DNA from: Candidatus Limnocylindria bacterium
GTDB taxonomy: Bacteria > Chloroflexota > Limnocylindria > P2-11E
Direction: 5' to 3'
DNA length: 64,000 bases
Assembly: GCA_035543375.1 (NCBI GenBank)
Contig: DASZZF010000010.1
Location: 48,032-112,031, forward strand
Within the stretch, counting starts at the first letter, position 1, and each line of letters begins with the position of its first letter. Shown piece after piece: positions 1 to 9,174 of the stretch. A program made the position numbers and the translations under genes. The notes under the pieces were generated by a model. That model was given only the letters and a program-made list of their open reading frames with translations, made no database searches and was not told the DNA's origin.

Positions 1-105
1 GCGCGGTTCGACGCCGAAGTGCGGGCGCTGGTCGGAGACCGTCGGGTGGTCGAGCGCGGCATCGGAGGCCGCATCGTCTACGGCCGGCCGGTGGATCGCC
101 CGTGA
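1..105 (+). CDS. 3' end of an unidentified CDS (partial, runs off the window start)
   Basis: The frame is open from base 1 to TGA at 103-105 (...VVERGIGGRIVYGRPVDRP*). The stop overlaps the GTG start of hom (GTGA). The product is not recognisable from 34 residues. Confidence 0.35.
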   Translation, partial: ARFDAEVRALVGDRRVVERGIGGRIVYGRPVDRP

Positions 106-1064
106 GTACCAGACCGCTCGGCGTCGGACTCATCGGCCTCGGCACGGTCGGCAGCGCGGTCGCCCGAGCGTTCAGCGAGCGCGGGCGCAGGATCGACGCT
201 GCGGGCGGCCGGACGATCCGGCTGCTCGCCGCCGCGGTCCGCGACCCGAAGAAGGCCCGCGACGCGGCGTCGCCGACCGTGACGACGGACCCCTTCGCGA
301 TCCTCGACGATCCGGAGATCGACGTCGTCATCGAGGTGATCGGCGGCCATCGACCGGCCTATGACCTCCTGCTCGCGGCGTTCGAGCGCGGGAAGGACGT
401 CGTGACCGCGAACAAGGAGCTCCTCGCGAAGGAATGGGACCCGCTGCACGAGACGGCGCGTCTGGCCGGGCGTGCGCTTCGCTACGAGGCCGCGGTCGCC
501 GCGGCCGTCCCGGTCATCCGCGGCATCCGCGAACTCGGGGCGATCCGGCCGCGGCTGCTCCGGGGCCTGCTGAACGGCACGACGACCTACATCTGCTCGC
601 AGCTCGACCAGGACGTGCCGTTCGCCGCTGCGCTCGCCGAGGCCCAGCGGCTCGGCTACGCCGAGGCGGACCCGGCAGCCGACATCGACGGCTTTGACGC
701 CGCGTACAAGCTTTCGATCCTCGTGAGCCTGCTCGAGGGCCGCCATTTCCACCCCGACCAGGTCCGCCGCACGTCGTTGTCGACCGTCACCGCGGCCGAC
801 GTCGACGCCGCACGCGAGCGGGGCACGCGGTTACGCTACCTGGCCGTCGCCGACTTCGGGGAGAAGGCCGTGAAGTGTCGCGTCGGGCCGGAGGCGGTCG
901 CCGCGGACTCACTCGAGGGACGCGCCACTGGCCCGACCAACGTCATCACGCTCGACTCGGATCTCGCCGGCACGCTCGTCTGGAGCGGTCCCGGCGCGGG
1001 CGGCGACGCCACGGCCTCGGCGATACTCGCGGACGTGATCGCCATCGCGCGCAGCCGCAAGTGA
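102..1064 (+). CDS. hom: homoserine dehydrogenase (short form without ACT domain)
   Basis: N-terminal Rossmann motif GLIGLGTVGSAV. Homoserine dehydrogenase core motifs are present (VVTANKELL, YEAAVAAAVPVI, RLGYAEADP..DIDG.DAAYKL). It sits directly upstream of ask and asd. Confidence 0.9.
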   Translation: MSTRPLGVGLIGLGTVGSAVARAFSERGRRIDAAGGRTIRLLAAAVRDPKKARDAASPTVTTDPFAILDDPEIDVVIEVIGGHRPAYDLLLAAFERGKDVVTANKELLAKEWDPLHETARLAGRALRYEAAVAAAVPVIRGIRELGAIRPRLLRGLLNGTTTYICSQLDQDVPFAAALAEAQRLGYAEADPAADIDGFDAAYKLSILVSLLEGRHFHPDQVRRTSLSTVTAADVDAARERGTRLRYLAVADFGEKAVKCRVGPEAVAADSLEGRATGPTNVITLDSDLAGTLVWSGPGAGGDATASAILADVIAIARSRK

Positions 1065-2461
1065 GCGCCTCGGGCCCGATCGTCCTCAAGTTCGGCGGTA
1101 CGTCCATCGGCTCGCCGCCCGCCATCGAGGCGGCGGCGAAGATCGTCGGCGCGCATCAGGGCGAGCGCGTCGTCGTCGTTTCGGCGACCGCAGGCACGAC
1201 CGATGCGCTCGTCGCCGCGTCCCTGGTCGCCGCGAGCGGCGACGCCATGGGCGCGCAGAAGGCGATCGAGCAGCTCGCCCGACAGCACAAGAACCTCATC
1301 GCCGACCTCGTGGGCGTCGGCGGGGCGGAGGCCCTCTCCGAGATCGGCGACCTGACCGATCGCACGATCGCACTGCTGCGAAGCGTGGCCCTCCTCCGCG
1401 ATTGCACCGCGCGCTCGCTCGACGCGATCCTGTCATACGGCGAGCGCATCACGGCACCGATCGTCGCGGCCGTGCTGAACGCGCGCGGCCTCGCCGCGGA
1501 GGCGCTCTCGACCGAGGGACTGCTCATCACAGATGACGCATTCGGCCACGCCAATCCGCTGGCGCTCGAGACGCGCGCGCGCGCCAAGCAGCAGCTGTTG
1601 CCCCGGCTCCGCTACGGCACCGTGCCGGTGCTGACCGGCTTCATCGGATCCACCGCGGACGGCGTCACCACGACGCTGGGTCGTGGCGGGTCGGATTACT
1701 CGGCCGCGATCATCGCCGCGGCCCTCGGGGCGCGCGAGTGCCTGATCTATACGGACGTGAGCGGCGTCATGAGCGCCGATCCGCGGATCGTGAGCGACGC
1801 GAAGCCACTGCCCGCGCTCAGCTACGCCGAGGCAGCCGAGCTCTCGTATTTCGGCGCGAAGGTCATCCATCCACGCACCGTCCTCCCCGCGATCGAGGCT
1901 GGCATTCCCGTCCGGATCCTCAACACATTCGCGCCGGACGACCCGGGCACGACGATCGCCGCGACGACCCCGCGGGACAACACCGTCGTGAAGGCCACGA
2001 CGTCGCTCGGCGGACTCGGGCTCGTCACCGTGCAGGGCGCCGGGATGAGCGGCGTGCCCGGATTCGCGGCCAGGGTGTTCGACACTACGGCCGCGCAGCA
2101 GATTTCGGTCCTGATGATCAGCCAGGCCTCGAGCGAGAACTCGATTTGCCTCGTAGTACCCATCGACTCGACGCCGCGGCTCGAAGTCGCGCTGCGGGAA
2201 ATGTTCTCGCGCGAGCTCGCGCGGCACGACGTCGAAAAGGTCGCCATCGAGTCCCCGGTCGCCATCGTCTCGGCGGTGGGGGAGGGCATGCGCGGCACCC
2301 CTGGCGTCGCGGCGCGGCTCTTCGGCGCCCTGGGCCGGGCGAAAGTGAATGTCATCGCGATCGCGCAGGGCTCCAGCGAGCTCAACATCTCGCTCGTCGT
2401 GGCCGAGAGGGACCGGCAGAAGGCGGTCCGCGCGATCCACCAGGAGTTCCACGAGAGCTGA
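1061..2461 (+). CDS. lysC: aspartate kinase
   Basis: The ORF 875..2461 contains VLKFGGTSIG (amino acid kinase motif) and two C-terminal ACT-like regions. The start was trimmed to the in-frame GTG at 1061, which overlaps the hom stop (GTGA). Confidence 0.88.
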   Translation: MSASGPIVLKFGGTSIGSPPAIEAAAKIVGAHQGERVVVVSATAGTTDALVAASLVAASGDAMGAQKAIEQLARQHKNLIADLVGVGGAEALSEIGDLTDRTIALLRSVALLRDCTARSLDAILSYGERITAPIVAAVLNARGLAAEALSTEGLLITDDAFGHANPLALETRARAKQQLLPRLRYGTVPVLTGFIGSTADGVTTTLGRGGSDYSAAIIAAALGARECLIYTDVSGVMSADPRIVSDAKPLPALSYAEAAELSYFGAKVIHPRTVLPAIEAGIPVRILNTFAPDDPGTTIAATTPRDNTVVKATTSLGGLGLVTVQGAGMSGVPGFAARVFDTTAAQQISVLMISQASSENSICLVVPIDSTPRLEVALREMFSRELARHDVEKVAIESPVAIVSAVGEGMRGTPGVAARLFGALGRAKVNVIAIAQGSSELNISLVVAERDRQKAVRAIHQEFHES

Positions 2462-2522
2462 GCTAAGGCCGCGTCGTGTCGTGCCCACGGTCCCGAGCGG
2501 CGTCTGTCACACTTTCAGGTCA

Positions 2523-3575
2523 ATGACCCAGCAACGAACCGTCGCCGTCCTCGGCGCCACCGGCACGGTCGGGCAGCGCTTCATCAGCCTGCTGGCCGAC
2601 CACCCGTGGTTCAAGCTGACCGCGCTGACCACGTCCGAGCGGAGAGCCGGCAAGCGCTACGCCGACGCCGTGCACTGGCACCTGCCCGAGCCGATGCCCG
2701 AGTCGGTGGCGAACATGAAGCTCGAGCCGACCCGGCCGGACCTCGAGGCGGACCTCTGCTTCAGCGCGCTCCCCACGGAGGCGGCGCAGGAGCACGAGGC
2801 GGCGCTCGCGAAGGCCGGCCACCACGTGTTCAGCAACGCGAGCACGCACCGGATGGATGCGGACGTCCCGAACCTCCTCGCAGAGGTGAACTTCGAGCAC
2901 GTGAAGGCCTTGGCTAGGCAGCGTGAGGCACGCGGCTGGAGAGGCTCGATTGTCACGAACGGCAACTGCACCGCAATCCACCTGGCGCTCGCGCTCGCGC
3001 CGCTGTTCCGCGACTTTGGCATCGACCAGCTCGTCGTGACGACGATGCAGTCAATCTCTGGCGCCGGCTACCCGGGTGTCCCGTCGCTCGATGTCCTCGA
3101 CAACGTGGTCCCGTACATCGGCGGCGAGGAGGAGAAGGTCGTCGAGGAGACCCAGAAGTTCCTCGGCAGCTGGGATAGCGCGACGGGCTTCGTACCGGCG
3201 CCGTTCTCGATGTCGGTGCACTGCAACCGCGTCCTCGTCCGGGACGGCCACACCGAGACCGTGAGCGTGCACCTCACGGACCGGCCGGGCGTCGACGCGG
3301 TTAAGGCGAGCCTGCGGAAGTTCACGGGCCGCCCGCAGGAGCTCGGGCTGCCGTCCGCCCCAACGCACCCGATCGTCGTACGTGACGAGCCGGACCGGCC
3401 GCAGCCGCTGCTCGACCGCGACACGGAGCGCGGGATGGCCTCGACGGTCGGCCGGGTCCGCGAGGATCCGGTGCTCGGCACCAAGTTCGTGCTCGTCGGG
3501 CACAACACGATCCGCGGCGCCGCTGGCGCGTCGGTGCTCAACGCAGAGCTGCTCGTCGCGGAGCGCTGCGTGTAA
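2523..3575 (+). CDS. asd: aspartate-semialdehyde dehydrogenase
   Basis: The ATG at 2523 gives [20 protein letters not shown] (NAD(P) fold), an active-site region GNCTAI, and a [10 protein letters not shown]-terminal motif. The upstream part of ORF 2349..3575 is read-through. Confidence 0.9.
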   Translation: MTQQRTVAVLGATGTVGQRFISLLADHPWFKLTALTTSERRAGKRYADAVHWHLPEPMPESVANMKLEPTRPDLEADLCFSALPTEAAQEHEAALAKAGHHVFSNASTHRMDADVPNLLAEVNFEHVKALARQREARGWRGSIVTNGNCTAIHLALALAPLFRDFGIDQLVVTTMQSISGAGYPGVPSLDVLDNVVPYIGGEEEKVVEETQKFLGSWDSATGFVPAPFSMSVHCNRVLVRDGHTETVSVHLTDRPGVDAVKASLRKFTGRPQELGLPSAPTHPIVVRDEPDRPQPLLDRDTERGMASTVGRVREDPVLGTKFVLVGHNTIRGAAGASVLNAELLVAERCV

Positions 3576-4912
3576 TGGCGGCCGAGACATTCCTCGCGCG
3601 ACTCGACCGAGTGCCGCTGAATCGATTCCACTGGCGGCTCCTCGTCGCCGCGGGCCTCGGCTGGATGTTCGATGCGATGGACGTGATCCTCATCGCGTTC
3701 CTGCTCACGCCGATCAGGACGGAGTTCGGCCTCGACGCCACACGGACCGGCTTCGTCGCGAGCGCCGGGTTCGTCGGGATGTTCCTCGGCGCCGCCATCG
3801 CGGGGCGCCTTGCGGACCGCGTGGGCCGCAAAACGGTGTTCCAAGCGACGCTCGTCCTCTTCTCGTTCGGCGCGCTGCTCTCTGCGGCTGCCCCGAGCTT
3901 CGAGACGCTGCTGCTCGCGCGGGTCATCGCCGGACTCGGCCTCGGCGGCGAGCTGCCGGTCGCATCGACCCTTGTTTCCGAGTACGCGCCGCGGGCGTCG
4001 CGAGGACGGTTCGTCGTGCTGCTCGAGTCGTTCTGGGCCTATGGGACGATCCTCGCGGGGGTGGTCGCGCTCGTCGTGCTGCCGCAGTTCGGCTGGCGCG
4101 GCGCATTCGTCGTCGGCGCCCTGCCGGCGCTGTATGTCGCGTATCTGCGGCGGGCGTTGCCGGAGTCGCCGCGGTTCCTCGCCGAGCACGGGCGGGCCGC
4201 CGAAGCGGACGCGGTCGTGCGGCGGGTCGAGCGCGAAGGTGGGGGAGCGCTCATCACTGTCACGAAGCCGGTCGCGCCCGAGCGCTCGATCGGCGACAGC
4301 CCGGCGATCGGCGCGCTGTTCGCGCCGCGCTACCTGCGGCGCACGGTGATGCTCTGGATCCTCTGGTTCGGCATCACGCTGACCTACTACGGGATCTTCA
4401 CGTTCCTCCCGTCGCTGCTCGCCGGCCGCGGCCTGTCGGTCGTCCGGAGCAACGAGTTCTTCTTCCTCTCGACCCTCGCCCAGGTCCCCGGCTACTTCAG
4501 CGCGGCGTGGCTGGTCGAACGCGTCGGCCGGCGGCCGACGCTCGTGGCGTACCTCATCGGTTCGGCGGTGAGCGCCTACCTGTTCGGCACGAGCGGGACC
4601 GGCACCGACGCCTTCATCTACGCGGCGCTGCTGTCGTTCTTCAACCTCGGCGCCTGGGGCGTCGTGTATACCCTGTCGCCCGAGCTGTACCCGACCGCCC
4701 TGCGCGCGACTGGCGCCGGCACGGCGGCCGCCGTCGGTCGGATCGGCGGCACGATCGGGCCGTTCCTCACCCCCGTCCTGCTCGCCTCGCTCGGCCAGAG
4801 CGGCGTGTTCGGGCTGTTCATGGGCCTCCTGCTGCTCACCGCGCTCGCAGTGGGGCTCCTTGGCGAGGAGACGCGCGGCCGGTCGCTCGAAGAGATCGCC
4901 CCGGCCGCCTAA
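3575..4912 (+). CDS. MFS transporter (metabolite:H+ symporter type)
   Basis: There are about 12 predicted TM helices, the MFS loop motif GRLADRVGRK, and a second-half PELYPTALRATG motif typical of the sugar-porter/metabolite MFS. Confidence 0.8.
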   Translation: MAAETFLARLDRVPLNRFHWRLLVAAGLGWMFDAMDVILIAFLLTPIRTEFGLDATRTGFVASAGFVGMFLGAAIAGRLADRVGRKTVFQATLVLFSFGALLSAAAPSFETLLLARVIAGLGLGGELPVASTLVSEYAPRASRGRFVVLLESFWAYGTILAGVVALVVLPQFGWRGAFVVGALPALYVAYLRRALPESPRFLAEHGRAAEADAVVRRVEREGGGALITVTKPVAPERSIGDSPAIGALFAPRYLRRTVMLWILWFGITLTYYGIFTFLPSLLAGRGLSVVRSNEFFFLSTLAQVPGYFSAAWLVERVGRRPTLVAYLIGSAVSAYLFGTSGTGTDAFIYAALLSFFNLGAWGVVYTLSPELYPTALRATGAGTAAAVGRIGGTIGPFLTPVLLASLGQSGVFGLFMGLLLLTALAVGLLGEETRGRSLEEIAPAA

Positions 4913-4976
4913 GCCGCCGCTAGTACGCCATTTGGCTGATTGTCTAGTTCGGCTGAACGACCTTAATCTGCGTCGC

Positions 4977-5522
4977 GTGATCGAACGTGAACGGAAGTAC
5001 CGGGTCCCCGAGAGCCAGGTGCGCCTGCTGCGCGAGCGGCTCGAACGGGACGGCCGCTGGGTCCGGGCCGGCGCCGAGGGCGACGTCTTCTTCGACCACC
5101 CGGCGCTGCATTTGCAGCAGGATGACCGGCGCCTCCGGCTGCGCTTTCGCGACGAGGGCGGGGTCCAGGAGCTGACCTACAAGAGCCCGCGCGAGATTCG
5201 CGGCGTGGACAAGGTCCGCAGGGAGATCACCGCGGTCCTGGTGTCCGGGCCGATCGAGGAGCTCATCGCCGAGCTCGGCTTCCGGCGGATCCGCAAGCTG
5301 GTGAAGCTGCGCGAGGTCTATGTCATCAACACGTTCGAGGTGGCCCTCGACCAGCTCGACGGCGCCGGCTGGTTCTGTGAGATCGAGGCCCTCACGGCCG
5401 ACGCGGACGTCGATTCGATGGCGTTCGAGCTCGGCCTCGGTCCGCGCCAGCTCGAGCCACGCACATACTCCGAGATCGTCGACGAGATGGCGGCGGCGGG
5501 GGAGCCGGCGCCGGTCGCGTAG
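4977..5522 (+). CDS. CYTH-domain protein (class IV adenylate cyclase / triphosphatase family)
   Basis: The ExExK signature sits at the N-terminus (VIERERKY). Size is about 180 aa. The GTG at 4977 was chosen because the ORF 5' part overlaps the MFS gene and is Arg/Pro-rich. Confidence 0.7.
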   Translation: MIERERKYRVPESQVRLLRERLERDGRWVRAGAEGDVFFDHPALHLQQDDRRLRLRFRDEGGVQELTYKSPREIRGVDKVRREITAVLVSGPIEELIAELGFRRIRKLVKLREVYVINTFEVALDQLDGAGWFCEIEALTADADVDSMAFELGLGPRQLEPRTYSEIVDEMAAAGEPAPVA

Positions 5523-6551
5523 CTAGCCGATCCGTCGCTTGTAGAGCTCCTTCAGCTCCGCGTCAGAGCCGCCGAGGTAGCGGCTTGTCGTTGACGCGTT
5601 CTTGTGCCCCGCGAGCCGTTGCGCCGCGGGTAGGCCCATCTCGGTGGTCCACAGCGTGATCGCGGCGTGGCGCAGCCAGTGCGGTGAGACGTTCTCCGCG
5701 AGACCAGCGCGCTTCGCGGCTTCGGTGATCGTGCGCTGCGCGGTCCAGACGGACATCCGATAGCCGTCGGCCTTCTTGCGATCCGTCACGAAGAGGGCGC
5801 GATCCGTGTCGCGGCGCATCTGGAGATGCTTCTGCAGCCATTCACGAGCGCGGGGCGTGAGGAACACCTTGCGGTAGCGGCTGCCTTTGCCGAAGACGGT
5901 GACCTCGTCCACGATCCGGATGCCGTCCTTCGGCGCCTTCGCCGAACGATCGAGCTCCAGCTGCGCCCGGTCTAGCCCGATCACTTCGGATATCCGGCAC
6001 CCCGTCGCGCATAGGAGCTCGACGAGCGCGCGACCGCGCACACCGTCGTCCGTTGCCGTGTCAAAGCTGGCGATGAGGCGGTCCAACCGGCTCCGCTCGA
6101 GATGACGGGCGTCGGGGCTCGGGTCGGTCGCCTTCGCGAGTTTGACCTTCTCGGGTCCCGGTACGGGCAGGTCGAGGAGGACCCCGAACTTCAGCAATCC
6201 GCGCAGCGCTATGAGATAAAGATTCTTCGTCGCGGGGCTGACCGCGCCCTTGCCGGCTCGTCGGCCACCACGGAGCTGGCGACGTGTGAGGTGACTCCCG
6301 AACGCTTTGATCGACCGGAGATCGAGATCGGCGACGCGCGGCGACGCGGTCGGCCCGAGGAACGTCAGCAGCTCATCCAGGTATCCGCGGTACCGCGCGA
6401 CGGTCCGCTCCGAGCGGCCGTTGTCCTGCTGCTCCTGCAGGTAGGCACGGACGAGGTCCGCCAGCAGGCTCGCTGGTCCGAGATCCCTGGGATCGACGTA
6501 ATCTGGCGCTAGGCGCTGCGCCGACACTCTCGAATGTGATGAAATCCTCAT
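5523..6551 (-). CDS. tyrosine site-specific recombinase (XerC/XerD / phage-integrase family)
   Basis: It has an N-terminal SAM-like domain (RTVARYRGYLDELLTFL). The catalytic residues look intact: R in ATGCRISEV, GKGSRYRKV, HWLRHAA, GHKNASTT, SRYL. Confidence 0.85.
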   Translation of the reverse strand: MRISSHSRVSAQRLAPDYVDPRDLGPASLLADLVRAYLQEQQDNGRSERTVARYRGYLDELLTFLGPTASPRVADLDLRSIKAFGSHLTRRQLRGGRRAGKGAVSPATKNLYLIALRGLLKFGVLLDLPVPGPEKVKLAKATDPSPDARHLERSRLDRLIASFDTATDDGVRGRALVELLCATGCRISEVIGLDRAQLELDRSAKAPKDGIRIVDEVTVFGKGSRYRKVFLTPRAREWLQKHLQMRRDTDRALFVTDRKKADGYRMSVWTAQRTITEAAKRAGLAENVSPHWLRHAAITLWTTEMGLPAAQRLAGHKNASTTSRYLGGSDAELKELYKRRIG

Positions 6552-6786
6552 TGCACCACATACTCTTGCACCCTGGTTGAGCTTGCGTCAAGGCACATTC
6601 TTATTCTGCAGTTATCGACGCCGCCGCTGAGTCACGATACGGCGGCAGAAGTTGGCGAAGCTATCCAACATAGACAGGACGAACATCAGCAAGGTCACCG
6701 GACCTCTAGTCAGGGCGGGTTGGCTGAAGGCAGCCTCAGCCGTCAGGTCTGACCGACGAAATCATTCCGGCGCTGTGACGCGGGTT

Positions 6787-7020
6787 CTAAACCGGGCGGC
6801 GGAGCCACTCCGCGACCGCGTGGTCCTCAAGCCCCGCGGTGTCGAGCTCGCGCCCGTCGACAACGACGACCGGGATACGCACGACGTAACGCCGCTCGAG
6901 CGCCGGATCGGTCGTGATGTCGACCCGCTCGATCGCGAGCGGCCGGTCGAGCCCGATGCGACGCAACGCGCGCTGCGTCTCCTCGCAGAGGTGGCACCCG
7001 TCGCGCTCGTACAGCGTCAC
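6787..7020 (-). CDS. glutaredoxin-like small thioredoxin-fold protein
   Basis: 77 aa with a GTG start. The CxxC motif is near the N-terminus (GCHLCEE). The later VD...RIPVVVVDGRE stretch is typical of the glutaredoxin-like (DUF836/YruB-type) family. Confidence 0.7.
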   Translation of the reverse strand: MTLYERDGCHLCEETQRALRRIGLDRPLAIERVDITTDPALERRYVVRIPVVVVDGRELDTAGLEDHAVAEWLRRPV

Positions 7021-7108
7021 GCGTAGCGGCTCACCGCGGTGGGTGCGTTTCCGCGCGAGCGCGAGGGGCGCGCCGGAGGTTGCCGCGCAGCACCGCTAGA
7101 TTGTCGCT

Positions 7109-7963
7109 GTGACCGCGTTTGCCCGCCCCGAGCTCTTCTGGTCGACCGAGCAGGTTGCAGCGAAGGTCGGCGATCCGAAGGTCCGAATCGTCGACTGCCG
7201 GTTCAGCTTCGACTCCGAAGCGCGCACCGAGTACCTGCGGGGCCACCTGCCCGGCGCCGTGCACATCGACTGGAGCCGCGACCTCGCCGCTCCCCCGCCC
7301 CCGCCGGGACACCCTCAGTACATGCTTCTTGGCCCGGCGGAGTTCGCCGCGACGATGTCTCGCGTCGGGATCGGCGACGACACGTTCGTGGTCGGCTATG
7401 ACGCCGAGGGCGGGCACCACGCCGCGCGCTTGTGGCTCGCGCTCCGGCGCTACGGCCACGACGCGATGGCCGTGATGGAGGGCGGCATCCAGAAGTGGCT
7501 GCGCGAGGGCCGGCCGGTGGAGCCCGGCGAGGTGACGGTGAAGCCGGCGACGTTCACGCCGCGGCCGCGCGCGGGCGTCGTCGCATCGAAGGATGAGGTT
7601 CTGGCGGCCGTACGCACGGGCGATCCATGGCTGCTCGATGTCCGGCGCGACGCGGAGTACACCGGTGCCGAAGCGCGAGCGAAGCACGGGGGACACGTCC
7701 CGGGGGCAGTGAACGTCATCTGGAAGGACGCCCTGGGCGCGGGCTGGATGCTGAAGGACCCTGAAGAGCTCGAACAGATGTACATCGACGCCGGCTTCGG
7801 TCCCGAGACAAACACCATCACCTACTGCCAGGCGGGCGTCCGCGCGGCGTTCACGCATCTGGTGCTTACAGCGCTCGGCCACGACGACGTGCGCACATAC
7901 GACGGCTCGTGGGAGGAATGGGGCAACCGGGACGACGTCCCGATAACGGTGGGGCGGAGCTAG
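7109..7963 (+). CDS. sseA: thiosulfate / 3-mercaptopyruvate sulfurtransferase (tandem rhodanese)
   Basis: Two rhodanese domains are present. The active-site loop is CQAGVRAA, followed by the C-terminal YDGSWEEWG motif. Confidence 0.85.
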   Translation: MTAFARPELFWSTEQVAAKVGDPKVRIVDCRFSFDSEARTEYLRGHLPGAVHIDWSRDLAAPPPPPGHPQYMLLGPAEFAATMSRVGIGDDTFVVGYDAEGGHHAARLWLALRRYGHDAMAVMEGGIQKWLREGRPVEPGEVTVKPATFTPRPRAGVVASKDEVLAAVRTGDPWLLDVRRDAEYTGAEARAKHGGHVPGAVNVIWKDALGAGWMLKDPEELEQMYIDAGFGPETNTITYCQAGVRAAFTHLVLTALGHDDVRTYDGSWEEWGNRDDVPITVGRS

Positions 7964-9174
7964 AGCCGCTCGCTCGACGGCACCATCGTCCAGGTAATCG
8001 CGGCCGCGGCGAGCGCGAAGCCCACGGCGAAGGTCATTGCGAACGGCGTCGAGACGGCAAGCAGCGGGCCGGAGAGTGCTGAGCCGACCGGCAGCCCCGA
8101 GTAGTTCAGGTGCATCGAGACGGCGAACGCCCGCCCGAACCATGCCGGGTCGGTCACCCGCTGGCGGAGTGAGAAAAGCGCGACGTCCATGACCGCGCTG
8201 CCGCAACCAATGAGGATGACAGCGAGGATCACGGGCGGCAGGGCACGGGCGAGGGCGACGGCAGCGAACCCGACCCCGATGATAAGGATCCCCGTCACCA
8301 GCATCGGCCGCTCGCGCCCGGCGCTGCCCCACCGCCCCGCCAGGACGCCGGTGCCGAGCCCAGCGACGCCCATGAGCGCCCAGAGCGCGCCGACGGCCGA
8401 GGGCCCGCCGTACCCCTGCCGCAGAACGAGGACCGGAAGCGCGACGAGCAGAATCCCCTGACCGAGATTCACGACTGACATCCCGAGGGCCAGGCCGCGG
8501 AGGGTCGTATGACGAAGCACGTACGACAGCCCGTCGCGAGCCTCGACGAGGAGCCGGCCGGTGCGCTCGTGCGTGTTCGGCACGTCCTGGACGCCCGCGA
8601 GCGCCAGCGCACCGGCCACGAACATAACGGCAGTCGTCCCGATCGCGGCCTCCGCGGAGCTGAACGCGACGATCGCGCCTGCGAGCGGCGGGCCAAGGAC
8701 TGTCGTAACCATGTAGCCCATGCTGTCGACCGCGTTCGCGCGATCCCATAGGTGCGCGGGCACGACGAGCGGAAAGAGGGAGCGCGAGCCCGCGGTGCCG
8801 AGTGGGTTCGTCAGGGAGCCCACAACGACGAGGATGAGGATGGCCCAGAGCGGCGCACCCGCCGCGGCGAGCGCGACGATGCCCGCGAGGGCGACCGCCG
8901 AGACGACATAGTCCGCGACCATCAGCCGGACCCGGCCGTACCGGTCAAGCAGGGCGCCCGCGATCGGGCTCACCAGAACGCCCGGGGCGATGCTCAGGAA
9001 GACGCTGATCCCGGCGAGCGCCGGCGAACCGTACCGCTGCAGGACGAAGAGCACGAGCGCGAGCTGCCACATCGAGGCTGCGGCGCGCACGAAGAGCGTC
9101 GCCCCGGCGAGCCGGACGAAACGCGGAACGCCGAGCAGCGCGCCGTAGCTGACCGGGCGGTCGGAGACGGCCAT
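7960..9174 (-). CDS. MFS transporter
   Basis: There are about 12 TM helices and the motif LLDRYGR after TM2. The start overlaps the hflX stop. Confidence 0.8.
   Translation of the reverse strand: MAVSDRPVSYGALLGVPRFVRLAGATLFVRAAASMWQLALVLFVLQRYGSPALAGISVFLSIAPGVLVSPIAGALLDRYGRVRLMVADYVVSAVALAGIVALAAAGAPLWAILILVVVGSLTNPLGTAGSRSLFPLVVPAHLWDRANAVDSMGYMVTTVLGPPLAGAIVAFSSAEAAIGTTAVMFVAGALALAGVQDVPNTHERTGRLLVEARDGLSYVLRHTTLRGLALGMSVVNLGQGILLVALPVLVLRQGYGGPSAVGALWALMGVAGLGTGVLAGRWGSAGRERPMLVTGILIIGVGFAAVALARALPPVILAVILIGCGSAVMDVALFSLRQRVTDPAWFGRAFAVSMHLNYSGLPVGSALSGPLLAVSTPFAMTFAVGFALAAAAITWTMVPSSERL

Noticed and set aside
5523-6551. Calling the integrase region a prophage or genomic island (mobile_element feature).
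   Set aside because: I could identify no flanking direct repeats, tRNA target or phage, transposase or cargo genes. The neighbours are ordinary metabolic genes.
6750-6812. A tRNA-like 3' end (GGGTTCTAAACCGGGCGGCGGAGCCA) near the integrase, considered as a possible att site or tRNA gene.
   Set aside because: I could not fold a T-arm or acceptor stem from it. It also lies inside the 3' end of the glutaredoxin-like CDS (stop at 6787-6789). The resemblance looks fortuitous.
7031-8749. A 572-aa ORF on the minus strand, with similar giants at 12556..13947, 20813..22396, 36103..37824, 46183..47658 and 61276..62157.
   Set aside because: These ORFs are extremely Arg/Pro/Gly/Ala-rich with no recognisable motifs. 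Each lies antisense to, or out of frame with, a gene that has clear family signatures. Long spurious ORFs of this kind are expected at about 70% GC.
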